From a virus, in the IMG/VR virus record IMGVR_UViG_3300037089_000506: a DNA stretch of 64,000 nucleotides; one strand, written 5' to 3'. Position 1 is the first letter of the stretch, and each line of letters starts with the position of its first letter. A program made the translations under genes and the position numbers. The notes beneath the pieces were generated by a model. That model had not been told where the DNA came from. It saw nothing but the letters and a program-made list of their open reading frames with translations, and ran no database searches. Positions 51,335 to 61,628 of the stretch are shown piece by piece.

Positions 51335-52787
51335 TGGAAGATGATTTAGTTATAAATAAAATAAATCAGCTTATCACTTATGCTCAAGGAAAGGCGTTAG
51401 TAGGAGTATACACTCCCCAGATTCCTCAAATAGCTAAAGATAAAATGATGGCTGAAACTTTATCTCAACCCATCACTATTCTTACCCAAGCAAGCCCAGG
51501 TTCATTTGCTGAGTCTCCTGAATATAATATATATTTAGAAAAAATTATAACAGAAACAATAAAGGAACGAAACATGAAAGCAACAATACAGGTGGGTAGA
51601 GAGCATCTTATAAAATTTTTTGAGGGTATGATGTTATTAGAAGAGGATATAAATTCTCTACGAAAGGAATATGGTAGTATAATAATCAATGCTACAAATA
51701 TTGAGGAAGTAGGTAAAAGCCTACTTACACTAAATGATAAGATAAACGCATTAGATTTTCAGTTGAGTATTACTAAAACTATTTTTGATGCGTATAAGCC
51801 GGGGCTATAAAAGGAGTTAGAATGAGTGTAGAAATTGAGACTATTGGACTTGACATTGATGGGACAAAAATAATACTGGATAAAGATGCAGCTAAGGAGT
51901 TATATTTTAAGCTTAAAGAATTATTTGATAGTAAAAATCCTACTTATATTCCTTATCCTATTTATCCTCAACCTGCATATCCATATATTCCGCTTTATCC
52001 TACTTATTTCAGGAGCCCTTGGTGTACTGCCACAACTAATTTAGCAAATATATCTGTAAGTTCTGGTACTACCTTGACAGTTACAACTTAATGTAGTATA
52101 TTTCTCTTAGAGGTATACAATGGAATCAGACACTTTTCTCCAATTTGTTCAAGAGCAAATTGCTTCTATGAAAGAAGCAACTCGCCTTGGAACTGATAAA
52201 GAAATTAGTTTTATTGAACTAGAGCACGCACTTAAAGGTTATTCTCAAGTGTATATATCTTTACTTTCTATGTATAATATAGCTCGTATAGACTTACAGA
52301 GAGAGAAAGAAAGGTATAATGCATGGTATTCAGCGAAATATGTTGCTGTTCGAGGCGAGGTAAACAAGCCAGAGCTTACAGCACAGAAGTGGGCATCTAC
52401 CAAAGAAATCGAACATATAGTTATTTCTCTAAATCCTGATGAATACCAAGCACAGCGTAATACATATTTAGAAAAAGAAAGTAAAGTGGATTTTCTATCT
52501 GGGCTGATTGATATGTGGAAATCTCACCAGTTTATACTATCTACTCTTAGCTCTAATATCAGAGCTGAAGCGGGGATGCAGCAATGACGTTAGGGGAATG
52601 GTATATTCATGATTCAGCAATCATAGGTGTAGGGAATATGGAGGGGAAAACCTCTCATATCGAGGATGGATATTATTTTCAGGTATTAACTCCTGGAGGA
52701 GTAATAAAAAGTCCTATTTATGATTCAAAAGAGGCTGCCGAGGAAGCCTATAGACAGGTATTAAGCGTAATAACAAACAGATATTAA
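51334..52787 (+). CDS. four hypothetical proteins after recA; 52120..52587 may be a UvsY-like mediator
   Basis: Coupled ORFs with SDs; 52120..52587 is helical with KVDFLSGLIDMWKSHQF. Confidence 0.45.
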
Positions 52788-53021
52788 AATATGCTAATTC
52801 CACTAATTGTATAGTGGGGTTAGCATGGAAGCAGTTAAAAGCGAAGACTATTTATCAGATTCAAATGAAGATACTAATTTCAACTCTCCTGTAGGTGCCC
52901 CAATGCCCCCAGGAGGAGGCGCTATGAATAGTAGTGCTCCTCATGAACCTAATGTATTACAGGAGTCTATCTACTACAATAATCATGTAATTCCTCGTAA
53001 TGCTACATTCAAGGTAGAATA

Positions 53022-54095
53022 ATGGATTATTTATTAAAACTCGGTGTTGTTGTAGATAGCAGGCATTTACTTGATAAAGCCCAACCTACCTATGGGCCTA
53101 ACTATTTTCAAGTTAAGGTTCTACCTGATATGAATGATATTAATGACAAGGATGTTAATGGTAACTACTTACTTCCTCGTTATCCAAATTTCTTTAAAAA
53201 TAATGATATCTGTTATCAGCCTGGGGACCCGGTATGGTTAGTTTGTGATGATGATTACCATGTTGGGTTTATTTTAGGGCCAGCACAACCACCCGCAGGA
53301 GAGGATATAACCTCATTTATAGCATTAATAAATAATGCAGAACTTAATGCTGATATGGAGCAAAGTGCCATAAATGAAATTTCTATTCAAAAGCTATCAG
53401 ATACTTATATTACATTCAGTAATGTTTCTACTGGAACCGCAGGACAAATATATAATACAAATATAGTCTACCTTTATGGCTCTGACGGTTCTATCTATTG
53501 TACCAACGGTAATTTTACTCTCACTGTATCCTCAGTAGGGGATGTATATATGGGAGGAAAATCCGTTACACAATACATTAATGGTGACCATTCTTTAGAT
53601 GCTAATGGCAGTACTGAAAATTTATCTTCAAAACGAATAGATGCTTCAGGTATGATTACCCTGAATTCGGGTGGAGGAATGTCCTTGGTTACGGGAGCTT
53701 CACCTTTATCTATACATACATCAGGGGATTTTGATTCTATTGTAGGAAAGACATATAATGAAACAGTGGTTGGTAGTTGTCATAGAACAGTTATGTTAGG
53801 CACAGACGCACAACAAGTATTAGCAGGGAGTTATACTATAGCAGTTCAAGCAGGAGTAATAACATTAGCCTGTAGTGGGCCTCTGACTATTGCATCTCCA
53901 ACTTCAATAGCCCTGGAAACCCTTGTATTAGATTTATCCAAATGCGATACCATTATTCTCCCTACAAACCCTTTACAGGGATTTGCTACAGGGGTTCCTC
54001 CCGGAACTTCTCCTATTGGTTTTATGGCATCTCTCACCCCTGGAGTGGGGGCAGGTACTGCTGTAGCAACATTGGAAGAATCTATGGCATTATAA
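53022..54095 (+). CDS. baseplate central spike (gp5/VgrG-like OB-fold + beta-helix)
   Basis: LGVVVDS...QVKVLP...YQPGDPVW...GFILG, followed by repetitive beta-strand segments. Confidence 0.65.
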   Translation: MDYLLKLGVVVDSRHLLDKAQPTYGPNYFQVKVLPDMNDINDKDVNGNYLLPRYPNFFKNNDICYQPGDPVWLVCDDDYHVGFILGPAQPPAGEDITSFIALINNAELNADMEQSAINEISIQKLSDTYITFSNVSTGTAGQIYNTNIVYLYGSDGSIYCTNGNFTLTVSSVGDVYMGGKSVTQYINGDHSLDANGSTENLSSKRIDASGMITLNSGGGMSLVTGASPLSIHTSGDFDSIVGKTYNETVVGSCHRTVMLGTDAQQVLAGSYTIAVQAGVITLACSGPLTIASPTSIALETLVLDLSKCDTIILPTNPLQGFATGVPPGTSPIGFMASLTPGVGAGTAVATLEESMAL

Positions 54096-54103
54096 GGTAT
54101 ACT

Positions 54104-55147
54104 ATGGCATTAGATTTAACCGGATCATTATTAGGCACTATTATAGCCAATAATTTATCTAAAAATACTACATCCTCTTCGTCAGCACAACAATACTGGA
54201 CTCTCGTATGTAATAGTCTCCTTAACTATATACAAAGTTATTTTCCTTCTACCTACCCTTCAGATACATTATCGGTTACTAATAATATTTATTGTGGTGG
54301 TAGCTATTATGGTAATGGGAGTGGTTTGACTTCTGTAAATGCTACTACTGCAACTATTACTGCTGATGTTTCTGCTACTACGTATTATCCTTATTTTGGT
54401 GGTGCTACCGCAAATCAATCGTTGAAATCCTCTACTAATTTATCATATGTTCCCTCTACTGGAACTTTATCAGCAACAAACTTTGTTGGTGGTAGCTATT
54501 ATGGTAATGGGAGTGGTTTGACTTCTGTAAATGCTACTACTGCAACTATTACTGCTGATGTTTCTGGTACTACATATTATCCTTATTTTGGCGCTGCTAC
54601 AGCAAATCAGTCGTTGAAATCATCTGCGTATTTGACGTATACTCCATCAACATCATCCCTGTATGTAACAACTCAATACGGGTATCTTGGCATGGGCGGC
54701 GTATATGGTGGCCCTGGGGTTTCCCCGAATATAGCAATTGGTAATACTTTAACAGGTGTGACAAATGGTAATAAGTTTTTACGAGTAAACTACATAGGCG
54801 GATTGGAGGTTATCAACAGTGCGTACAGTGCTGTAATAGCCACACTTGATGATACAGGCAACATCTCAGCTACAGGTTCTTTTTATACTTATCAAGTGAC
54901 TGGAATTACTTCTGTTACTTGGGTAAACTGGTTTGCCCCTACAGCAGGGCAATCTGGATTTATAATTGCTGTGTCGTCTGCTGGTGTAAATAGATATGAT
55001 ATGTACTATTATGTAAACTGCACAGCAACGGTAACAGTAATACAAATAAATGGTGGTGATGGTACTGTTAGAGCATCAGGTAGCTATGTTCAATATGGTG
55101 GGATGGCCAGCAGCACTATGACTTATTCAGCGATAAGAATATCGTAA
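54104..55147 (+). CDS. tail fibre/receptor-binding protein (probable start MALDLTG)
   Basis: AAGG SD before ATG 54104; GGSYYGNGSGLT trimeric-fibre motifs; internal duplication. Confidence 0.6.
   Translation: MALDLTGSLLGTIIANNLSKNTTSSSSAQQYWTLVCNSLLNYIQSYFPSTYPSDTLSVTNNIYCGGSYYGNGSGLTSVNATTATITADVSATTYYPYFGGATANQSLKSSTNLSYVPSTGTLSATNFVGGSYYGNGSGLTSVNATTATITADVSGTTYYPYFGAATANQSLKSSAYLTYTPSTSSLYVTTQYGYLGMGGVYGGPGVSPNIAIGNTLTGVTNGNKFLRVNYIGGLEVINSAYSAVIATLDDTGNISATGSFYTYQVTGITSVTWVNWFAPTAGQSGFIIAVSSAGVNRYDMYYYVNCTATVTVIQINGGDGTVRASGSYVQYGGMASSTMTYSAIRIS
54295..54566 (+). repeat. 192-nt-period tandem duplication inside the fibre gene (80 nt identical)
   Basis: 54295-54374 is identical to 54487-54566, then continues imperfectly. 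Confidence 0.9.
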
Positions 55148-55155
55148 GGAGAATT

Positions 55156-56262
55156 ATGGATTTTATACCCGTTCCTATTACAGAGTTACTAATAACCTCA
55201 AAATGCAATATGAATTGCTCTTATTGCTTTGAAAAAGACAAGCCACAAAAAACTATAAGTAAAGGAATGATTGACGAGTTTCTGTTAAATTTACCCTCTA
55301 CAGGATTAATGGTATTTGGTGGTGAGCCCTTACTTGCTTTAGACGAGTTTGACTACCTCTATACGTCTATTCAGAAACTTGATATAAATGAAGATATAAA
55401 AGTTGATTTACTAAATTCCTTTACTAAAGATGCTCAACTAATAACAAATGGAACCCTAATAATAAAGAATATAAATATCATCAAAAGACTAAACCTAAAG
55501 TTACAGATAAGTATAGATGGACCTGAGGAAATAAATGATTTATGTAGGGTGGACCATAAAGGAAAAGGTACATACAGTACAGTGATAAGAAACATAAAGT
55601 GCTGTATTGCTAATGATATTCCTTGGAGTTGCCATGGTGCTATAGGAAGAAATAATTTTTCTAATCTTTCAAAGTTATTTGATTTTTGGTGGGAAATCTG
55701 TAAATTAGAAGCAAAGGGTGATTTAGATAAAAGTATTGGAATGCTAGGGGAGAATACATTCCAAATAATATTTGAGGAGAATTATACTGATGATGATATA
55801 GACATATTTTTACGAGAACAAGAGGAAATATTTAATAAAATTTTTTTATTGCCAGAACTAAATCAGCAACAAAAGATTACTTTAGCTAATAATTGGTATA
55901 AAAGAAAAGGAGCGGTTTGTACCGCTGGACATTTTATGTATGCATATAATCTAGAGGGAGAATTGTTTCCTTGTCATAGACTAGCAATGATAGCAGATAA
56001 AAGCAACTATAATTTTTTTGAAAGAGGGCCTAAGTTCTTTAATGCCTTTCTTAATATGGGGAAAAATAAGAAGATGTATTCCAGTACGCAGAATATACTC
56101 GATTATAATAATAGTAATAATAAATACTATCAGCAAAATTGGTGTCCTTCTACTAATGTGCAGACATCAGGAACCCCCTATTACCAATCCTGTAAATATA
56201 ATGTACTTATAGCAGAGTATGGTAGGTTTGTAGATGCTTTATTTGAGTATGCCCATATTTAA
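55156..56262 (+). CDS. radical SAM enzyme with a SPASM-like C-terminus (peptide-maturase type)
   Basis: CNMNCSYC, FGGEPLL, TNGTL, ISIDGP, CTAG...GELFPCH...WCPSTN...SC. Confidence 0.9.
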   Translation: MDFIPVPITELLITSKCNMNCSYCFEKDKPQKTISKGMIDEFLLNLPSTGLMVFGGEPLLALDEFDYLYTSIQKLDINEDIKVDLLNSFTKDAQLITNGTLIIKNINIIKRLNLKLQISIDGPEEINDLCRVDHKGKGTYSTVIRNIKCCIANDIPWSCHGAIGRNNFSNLSKLFDFWWEICKLEAKGDLDKSIGMLGENTFQIIFEENYTDDDIDIFLREQEEIFNKIFLLPELNQQQKITLANNWYKRKGAVCTAGHFMYAYNLEGELFPCHRLAMIADKSNYNFFERGPKFFNAFLNMGKNKKMYSSTQNILDYNNSNNKYYQQNWCPSTNVQTSGTPYYQSCKYNVLIAEYGRFVDALFEYAHI

Positions 56263-56274
56263 TAGGAGAAAGTA

Positions 56275-56913
56275 ATGCCAACTATTGCAAATCCAGTAAC
56301 ACAGACTAATATAGTTACTGATTCAGATATTAGTGCTATTATTGTTGCTATAAACTCATTAATCACTTCGAGAAGCGCAGGTTCTGCGGTGGGAGCGCCT
56401 TCTCAGTATACTAAAATATATGGAAGCCTACCCCAAGGAATAATTACACAAGAGAATACATTAAATTCTACTCACACATGGCCTGGATTAATCAATCCTA
56501 ATGGGTATGGAACTTTAGTTCATTCTAATATAGGTACAAATCTTAGTTTAACTGCTGCTAGTGGTAATTTTAATTCTGGTGTAACTCTGCAAGCTTCTAC
56601 AATGAATGCTATTGTAAATGATATTAATAGTTTATATAATCAATGTGCATGTAATGTAGTAACCTCTAATTATTCTACGTGTAGTTCATACTCATGTACA
56701 GCACATGCTTGTGCGTGCAATGTAAAATGCGCAAATGGGTATTCCTGTACATGTTATACTTATGATATCGGGCATGGGGATCAGTGCGTGTGCCATGGGA
56801 CTAATTGTTGTAACTATAATGGGTGTACCCATGTTACTTGTACTTGTGACTATGTGTGTAGTGCTCAAAATACTTGCAGTTGTAATAATCAATGTGTATG
56901 TGAGTATAACTAA
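56275..56913 (+). CDS. fibre-like protein with a Cys-rich C-terminus (21 Cys, 7 CxC); candidate radical SAM substrate
   Basis: Cys counted directly from the translation; Asn/Thr/Ser-rich N-terminal half. Confidence 0.75.
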   Translation: MPTIANPVTQTNIVTDSDISAIIVAINSLITSRSAGSAVGAPSQYTKIYGSLPQGIITQENTLNSTHTWPGLINPNGYGTLVHSNIGTNLSLTAASGNFNSGVTLQASTMNAIVNDINSLYNQCACNVVTSNYSTCSSYSCTAHACACNVKCANGYSCTCYTYDIGHGDQCVCHGTNCCNYNGCTHVTCTCDYVCSAQNTCSCNNQCVCEYN

Positions 56914-57719
56914 TGAAAATAGCTATAGTAACACGTACTCATAATAGGCCATTATTATTACCACGATGCTTACGGAGTATAGATAAACAGGCATATACTA
57001 AATATATCCATATTGTAATATCAAGTAGTAATAATTATGATCAAGATTACTCCTTATGCACGATGCCCTATAATCCTAGAAGAACTATATTAAAAAGTAA
57101 AGAAAATAATTTAGGAATGATGTTAAACCAAGCATTAGAAGTAGCCAAGGACCATAAGTGTGATCTATTTTCTATTCTTGACGATGATGATGAATATGTG
57201 TCTGATAGATTAGAAAAGATAGTAAGGGCATATACTACTGCAAATACCCATGGAATTTCTTGCTTACAGATGACTATAAAAGAGAAGATTATAGATACTT
57301 CTATTATTGAAACCTTTAGGTGGAGACAAAAATTAGATACTTTTAGTATAGTTCCTTATAATGATAAAAATTATAGAAATCCAGGACAATTTACTTATGA
57401 TAACTATGCTTTAGATGTATGTAAAGAGTACCCACCAGAGAGCATTAGCCCCGAACACTACTTTTTACGAAAATTTATGGAGAACAATGCTATTGCTATT
57501 TGCCCTGAATATTTGTTTAGATATCATATAAGAGAGAACGATAAGCCTGGAGAGGGAGAATTACCCAACCTAAATACTATCACCTATGATAATAATATAT
57601 CCCATATACACCGTGATATGGAAATAAGTCAATTGATATCCATAGCTCAATCTGAGAAAAATAATGGGCTTATTTCTTATTTTACTAACTTGTTAGAGGA
57701 AACAAAAAATGATATATAG
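56913..57719 (+). CDS. glycosyltransferase family 2-like (GT-A)
   Basis: IAIVTRTHNRPLLLPRCLRSI, ILDDDD. Confidence 0.8.
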   Translation: MKIAIVTRTHNRPLLLPRCLRSIDKQAYTKYIHIVISSSNNYDQDYSLCTMPYNPRRTILKSKENNLGMMLNQALEVAKDHKCDLFSILDDDDEYVSDRLEKIVRAYTTANTHGISCLQMTIKEKIIDTSIIETFRWRQKLDTFSIVPYNDKNYRNPGQFTYDNYALDVCKEYPPESISPEHYFLRKFMENNAIAICPEYLFRYHIRENDKPGEGELPNLNTITYDNNISHIHRDMEISQLISIAQSEKNNGLISYFTNLLEETKNDI

Positions 57720-58611
57720 TAACAATAATTTTGCATATAATCGAAAATATTTTATTAAAGATTTATTCAATCCTCGGGAAATATTTTCTCATTTTAGCCA
57801 GATAACCTTTTCCAATTTCTTGTCTTTTTATAAGTTTTTAGAGAAAAGTCTGTTTACAATAAATCAAAAAGAGTATAAGATTCCTGTTAGCAACCGTAAT
57901 GAGTTACAGATGTTATTAAAAATTATTAGAGAAACGGATATTATTAAAAATAAAATAAATATACAGTTTTCCTCTAATTTATTAGAAGATATTGAAGAAC
58001 TTATAACGGATACTACTATATATTTATCTTCAGATAATAGTACATTACAAAATATAAAAGAAAAAGAAAATAATTATATTTATAATAATACTTTGTTTTG
58101 GACAGAATATATAATTACATCAGATAACTATGCTCAAGTATATAAGGATATGATAAAACTTTGTATTAAGCATCCTGTACTCAATTATATTGATCTAAAA
58201 ATAGATTATTCCTCTTTTGAGGATAAGCCTCTTTCTGAATTACACTCTTTATTCTTCTATCTTAGTTTACTTAAAAAATGGACAACAGAGCCACAGGCAG
58301 CTATGGGCAAGAATCAGAAAATGATAACACTCAAAAATTCTTTTGACCCCGTTAGATGCTATGTTAGCGAATCCCTAGATATACTTTTAGATAAGGACAC
58401 CCCCTATTTTTCTATGGGAAAATATCTAGATTTAAATGGAGAGGATGTTCCTTTGGAGGAACTTAATACAATAAGAAAACTAATAGATGTAAAGTTTGAA
58501 ACAGAATATAAAAATTGGTATTTAATTGATTTAGCCCAGAATCAAAAGGTTATGGAAGATATTTATGAAACTCCTTATCTTGCCAAGTTGGTTCAAAGTT
58601 GGCTATTGTAA
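57709..58611 (+). CDS. hypothetical protein in the modification cluster (possibly a degenerate radical-SAM-fold partner)
   Basis: Overlaps both neighbours; lacks CxxxCxxC. Confidence 0.45.
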   Translation: MIYSNNNFAYNRKYFIKDLFNPREIFSHFSQITFSNFLSFYKFLEKSLFTINQKEYKIPVSNRNELQMLLKIIRETDIIKNKINIQFSSNLLEDIEELITDTTIYLSSDNSTLQNIKEKENNYIYNNTLFWTEYIITSDNYAQVYKDMIKLCIKHPVLNYIDLKIDYSSFEDKPLSELHSLFFYLSLLKKWTTEPQAAMGKNQKMITLKNSFDPVRCYVSESLDILLDKDTPYFSMGKYLDLNGEDVPLEELNTIRKLIDVKFETEYKNWYLIDLAQNQKVMEDIYETPYLAKLVQSWLL

Positions 58612-59387
58612 TGGTTAATTTTGATATTGATATTACTTATGAGTGTAATTTATCTTGTAAGTATTGTAATAGATTATGCGGTACTAAATTTAATAAAAAT
58701 GATTTTATGTCTGTATCCCAGTTAGAAAAGTATATTGTTGCAGTTTTACCCCATATTTCTTCTGTATCAAGGATAAACATTCTTGGAGGGGAGCCTACAC
58801 TGCACCCTCAAATTTTTGAAGTTTTGGATTTATTAGTAAAAATACTAAGACCTAAACTATCTTTCCCTATGAATATTGTTTCAAATGGAGTAGGAGAAAG
58901 GGTAAATTCCATACTAGAAGAAATAAGAAAAAGATATAACACCTATGACAATTCACGATCTATAACAATGATTAATCCTTATAGTGTAGCAAAATCTAAT
59001 AAAGATTTTTGTATTGTTAGATCAAAATTTTATAATCAAAAAGTTGTAGAATCCAGGCATCACCCGAACTTACGGGGATTAATAGATTATAAAGATGATA
59101 TAAATATTGATTACTGTTGGGTACAAGATAATTGTGGATATAATATTTCCCCTTATGGGATTTATATATGTTCTATGGCTATAGCCATCTCTAGAATATT
59201 CAAATTAGGAGAAGGGCTGGATCATTTTCCTACTCCTGAAGAACTACTGAACCAAAAGAAAAAAATGTGTAAATATTGCCATATAAAATGTATACCCTTA
59301 CCCCCCTCCCCAGCTATATCCAAAAGTTTTGAAATAGCCATAGAAGAATGGGATAAAGACCCTTATTTTTTAAAGGTTTTAGAATAA
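58599..59387 (+). CDS. second radical SAM enzyme
   Basis: CNLSCKYC, ILGGEPTLHP, C-terminal CWVQDNCG...IC and CKYC. Confidence 0.88.
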   Translation: MAIVMVNFDIDITYECNLSCKYCNRLCGTKFNKNDFMSVSQLEKYIVAVLPHISSVSRINILGGEPTLHPQIFEVLDLLVKILRPKLSFPMNIVSNGVGERVNSILEEIRKRYNTYDNSRSITMINPYSVAKSNKDFCIVRSKFYNQKVVESRHHPNLRGLIDYKDDINIDYCWVQDNCGYNISPYGIYICSMAIAISRIFKLGEGLDHFPTPEELLNQKKKMCKYCHIKCIPLPPSPAISKSFEIAIEEWDKDPYFLKVLE

Positions 59388-59409
59388 TACTAATTATAAA
59401 GGAGAATAT

Positions 59410-59673
59410 ATGGACTTAGAAACCTTAGCTGCTCAAGTAGCGGACTTACAAAGCAAGATAAACCAACTAATGGTAGTTATACCTCAAATTGAAACCCTAT
59501 ATAAGCAAACTACTGCTTATCAGACACACCAAAATCATATTAACAGTGTATGGCAAGAGAGGTCATTATTAACACAGCTAAGAATGGAAGGAATGTCTCA
59601 TTCGAAAGCATTGTCTTATATTAAAAGAATAAATACTGGTGAAAAACCTTGGGAAAATGAAGGGGAATCCTAA
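59410..59673 (+). CDS. small coiled-coil protein
   Basis: AAGGAG SD; late motif at 59389. Confidence 0.55.
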   Translation: MDLETLAAQVADLQSKINQLMVVIPQIETLYKQTTAYQTHQNHINSVWQERSLLTQLRMEGMSHSKALSYIKRINTGEKPWENEGES

Positions 59674-59678
59674 TATTT

Positions 59679-60353
59679 ATGATTCCAAAAATCATACACT
59701 ATCTTTGGTTCGGCGACGTTGCTAAAAAACCCATAGATAGGATAAGTTCTTGGAAGAAGATTCTTTCAGATTTTGAGTTTAAAGAGTGGGGTGAATCAAA
59801 TTTAGATATAGACAAATATGAAGCATCTAGAAGGATGTATGATGCTAAACGATACGGTCCTGCATCAGATTCATTAAGAATAGATATATTAGCTGAAGAA
59901 GGTGGAATTTGGTTAGATACTGATATAATAATTCATAGAGATTTGTCTGATTTTTTACCTTATTCATTTTTTATTGGGCATAATGGATTTAATTTTAGTG
60001 TAGGGCTTATAGGGGCGGAACCCCACCATCCTTATATATTAAAGGTAAGGGAATGGTATGAAAATAATTGGAGCAGATGTATGTTTACTGTAGAGGAATT
60101 CAAGAAAAAATCTTTTGATACCTTTTTTCTTGCTAATTACTCCTCCATTTTAGAAAGAGTTTTCAAACAAAGATACAAATGTGTTCTTGATGGAAAGTCT
60201 AAAACATTAGATACTAAAGATGGTTTAATTAGAGTAGAAAATTCTACTGTATTTACTTTTAAAAAGGATAGCAATCCTAATTGCTATGCAGAACATCTTT
60301 ATGAAGGGACATGGCTTTCAAATAATAGGCTTTATCAAAAGACTCGGAAATAG
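59679..60353 (+). CDS. glycosyltransferase family 32 (OCH1-like, DXD)
   Basis: IPKIIHYLWFG, SDSLRI..L..EGGIWLDTD. Confidence 0.88.
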   Translation: MIPKIIHYLWFGDVAKKPIDRISSWKKILSDFEFKEWGESNLDIDKYEASRRMYDAKRYGPASDSLRIDILAEEGGIWLDTDIIIHRDLSDFLPYSFFIGHNGFNFSVGLIGAEPHHPYILKVREWYENNWSRCMFTVEEFKKKSFDTFFLANYSSILERVFKQRYKCVLDGKSKTLDTKDGLIRVENSTVFTFKKDSNPNCYAEHLYEGTWLSNNRLYQKTRK

Positions 60354-60355
60354 AA

Positions 60356-61495
60356 ATGATTAAAATAGCGTATGTGCCACAACATTCTAATTACATCCCC
60401 ATTTTAAGAGGGGGGCAAAGATATGACTTTGGGTATTCTTACCCTTTACAACAGTTAAGCAATGAAGGGCATTTCGAATTAAAAGTTTTTCTTGAAAATA
60501 AAACTTTAGTAAATTTTTCCATGAAAGTAACATTTCCTCTTTTCATAGGGTATCAACAAGATATACCAAACTATACTCACTCAATCCTTGCTATTGATGA
60601 GGTAAGTAAAATGATATCCAAGGATAAAATAGAAAACCCCTTAAAACCTTTTTTAGAACTATACTCAAATAATGACTTATGTAAAAAATTAGATGAATAC
60701 AAGCCAGATATAGTAATATCCTCTTATGCCTTAGATAAAATGGAATATAATTGTAAGAAAATATGGATATGTCATGAGTATTGGCCTGAAACTTTGAGGG
60801 AGTACCTAGAGAATAAAATATCTACAGATATAATTAATACTACTATAGAGATGATAAACAAGGATATGGTAGAAATATTATCTTATTTCGATTACTCTAT
60901 TACTGCTTCTTTAAGGAGTTTTTCTTTTATAGAAAACACAATAAAATCAAAGCGTATTAATATTTATATACCAGAAGGAAATTCTAAGATAGAGTGGGGT
61001 AAAGAGAAATATATAGTACTAAGTGCTTCCGCTGGGTGGTTTAGGTCAAAGGAGCACTTAAGAGAAGTATACCCGCTTATTGAGATGTTAGATAATAGAG
61101 AGAGTAAAAATATTAAATTATACTTACACTGTGGACATGACTTGGGGCTCCCTAAGTGCGATGTAATAAGAAACACCTATAGTCTGTATGATACTTTCAG
61201 CCCTGAATCTGTAGGGTGTGGTATAGCACCAAAAGAGTATAAATCTGCTGACCCCTCCAAAGTGTATATGTACTTATCCTGTGGTATCCCCTCTTTTGTT
61301 CATGAAAACAATTTAGAAAATTTTAAGGATGAAATAGGAGTATCTGCTTATTCTGCTGAAAAAGCTATAGAGAGTATTGAAAACAATATAAGAGAAAAAG
61401 AAAGTAATGCCATTCTCAGTTCCTTTAGATCAAACCATAATTTAGAAACACTAAAGAACCAATGGTTATGTTTTATAAAAGAGATTTTAGGATAG
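60356..61495 (+). CDS. putative GT-B (GT4-like) glycosyltransferase
   Basis: KPDIVISS, WICHE, SKVYMYLSCGIP motif typical of GT-B C-terminal domains. Confidence 0.5.
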   Translation: MIKIAYVPQHSNYIPILRGGQRYDFGYSYPLQQLSNEGHFELKVFLENKTLVNFSMKVTFPLFIGYQQDIPNYTHSILAIDEVSKMISKDKIENPLKPFLELYSNNDLCKKLDEYKPDIVISSYALDKMEYNCKKIWICHEYWPETLREYLENKISTDIINTTIEMINKDMVEILSYFDYSITASLRSFSFIENTIKSKRINIYIPEGNSKIEWGKEKYIVLSASAGWFRSKEHLREVYPLIEMLDNRESKNIKLYLHCGHDLGLPKCDVIRNTYSLYDTFSPESVGCGIAPKEYKSADPSKVYMYLSCGIPSFVHENNLENFKDEIGVSAYSAEKAIESIENNIREKESNAILSSFRSNHNLETLKNQWLCFIKEILG

Positions 61496-61628
61496 AGTAT
61501 GGATGATTTTAAAATAGAAAAGTCTAATGATCAAATACTATCCCAAATAGATATATTTTTGTCGTCTATAAATCTTGTAGCACAAAAAGAAATAGAAGGG
61601 ATAGTAAAAGATGCGGAGAACCTAAAGA

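Noticed and set aside
53942-54103. Tracked 5' extension of the fibre gene (also the extensions at 5151, 5437, 42884 and 43890)
   Set aside because: These extensions overlap upstream genes or promoters, and SD-supported downstream starts fit better.
55156-61495. Interpretation as a DNA hypermodification (7-deazaguanine or glucosyl-hmC) cluster
   Set aside because: No queC/D/E, folE, dpdA or hydroxymethylase gene is present in the window. The cluster lies in a late structural operon around a Cys-rich protein, so this reading is less favoured though not excluded.
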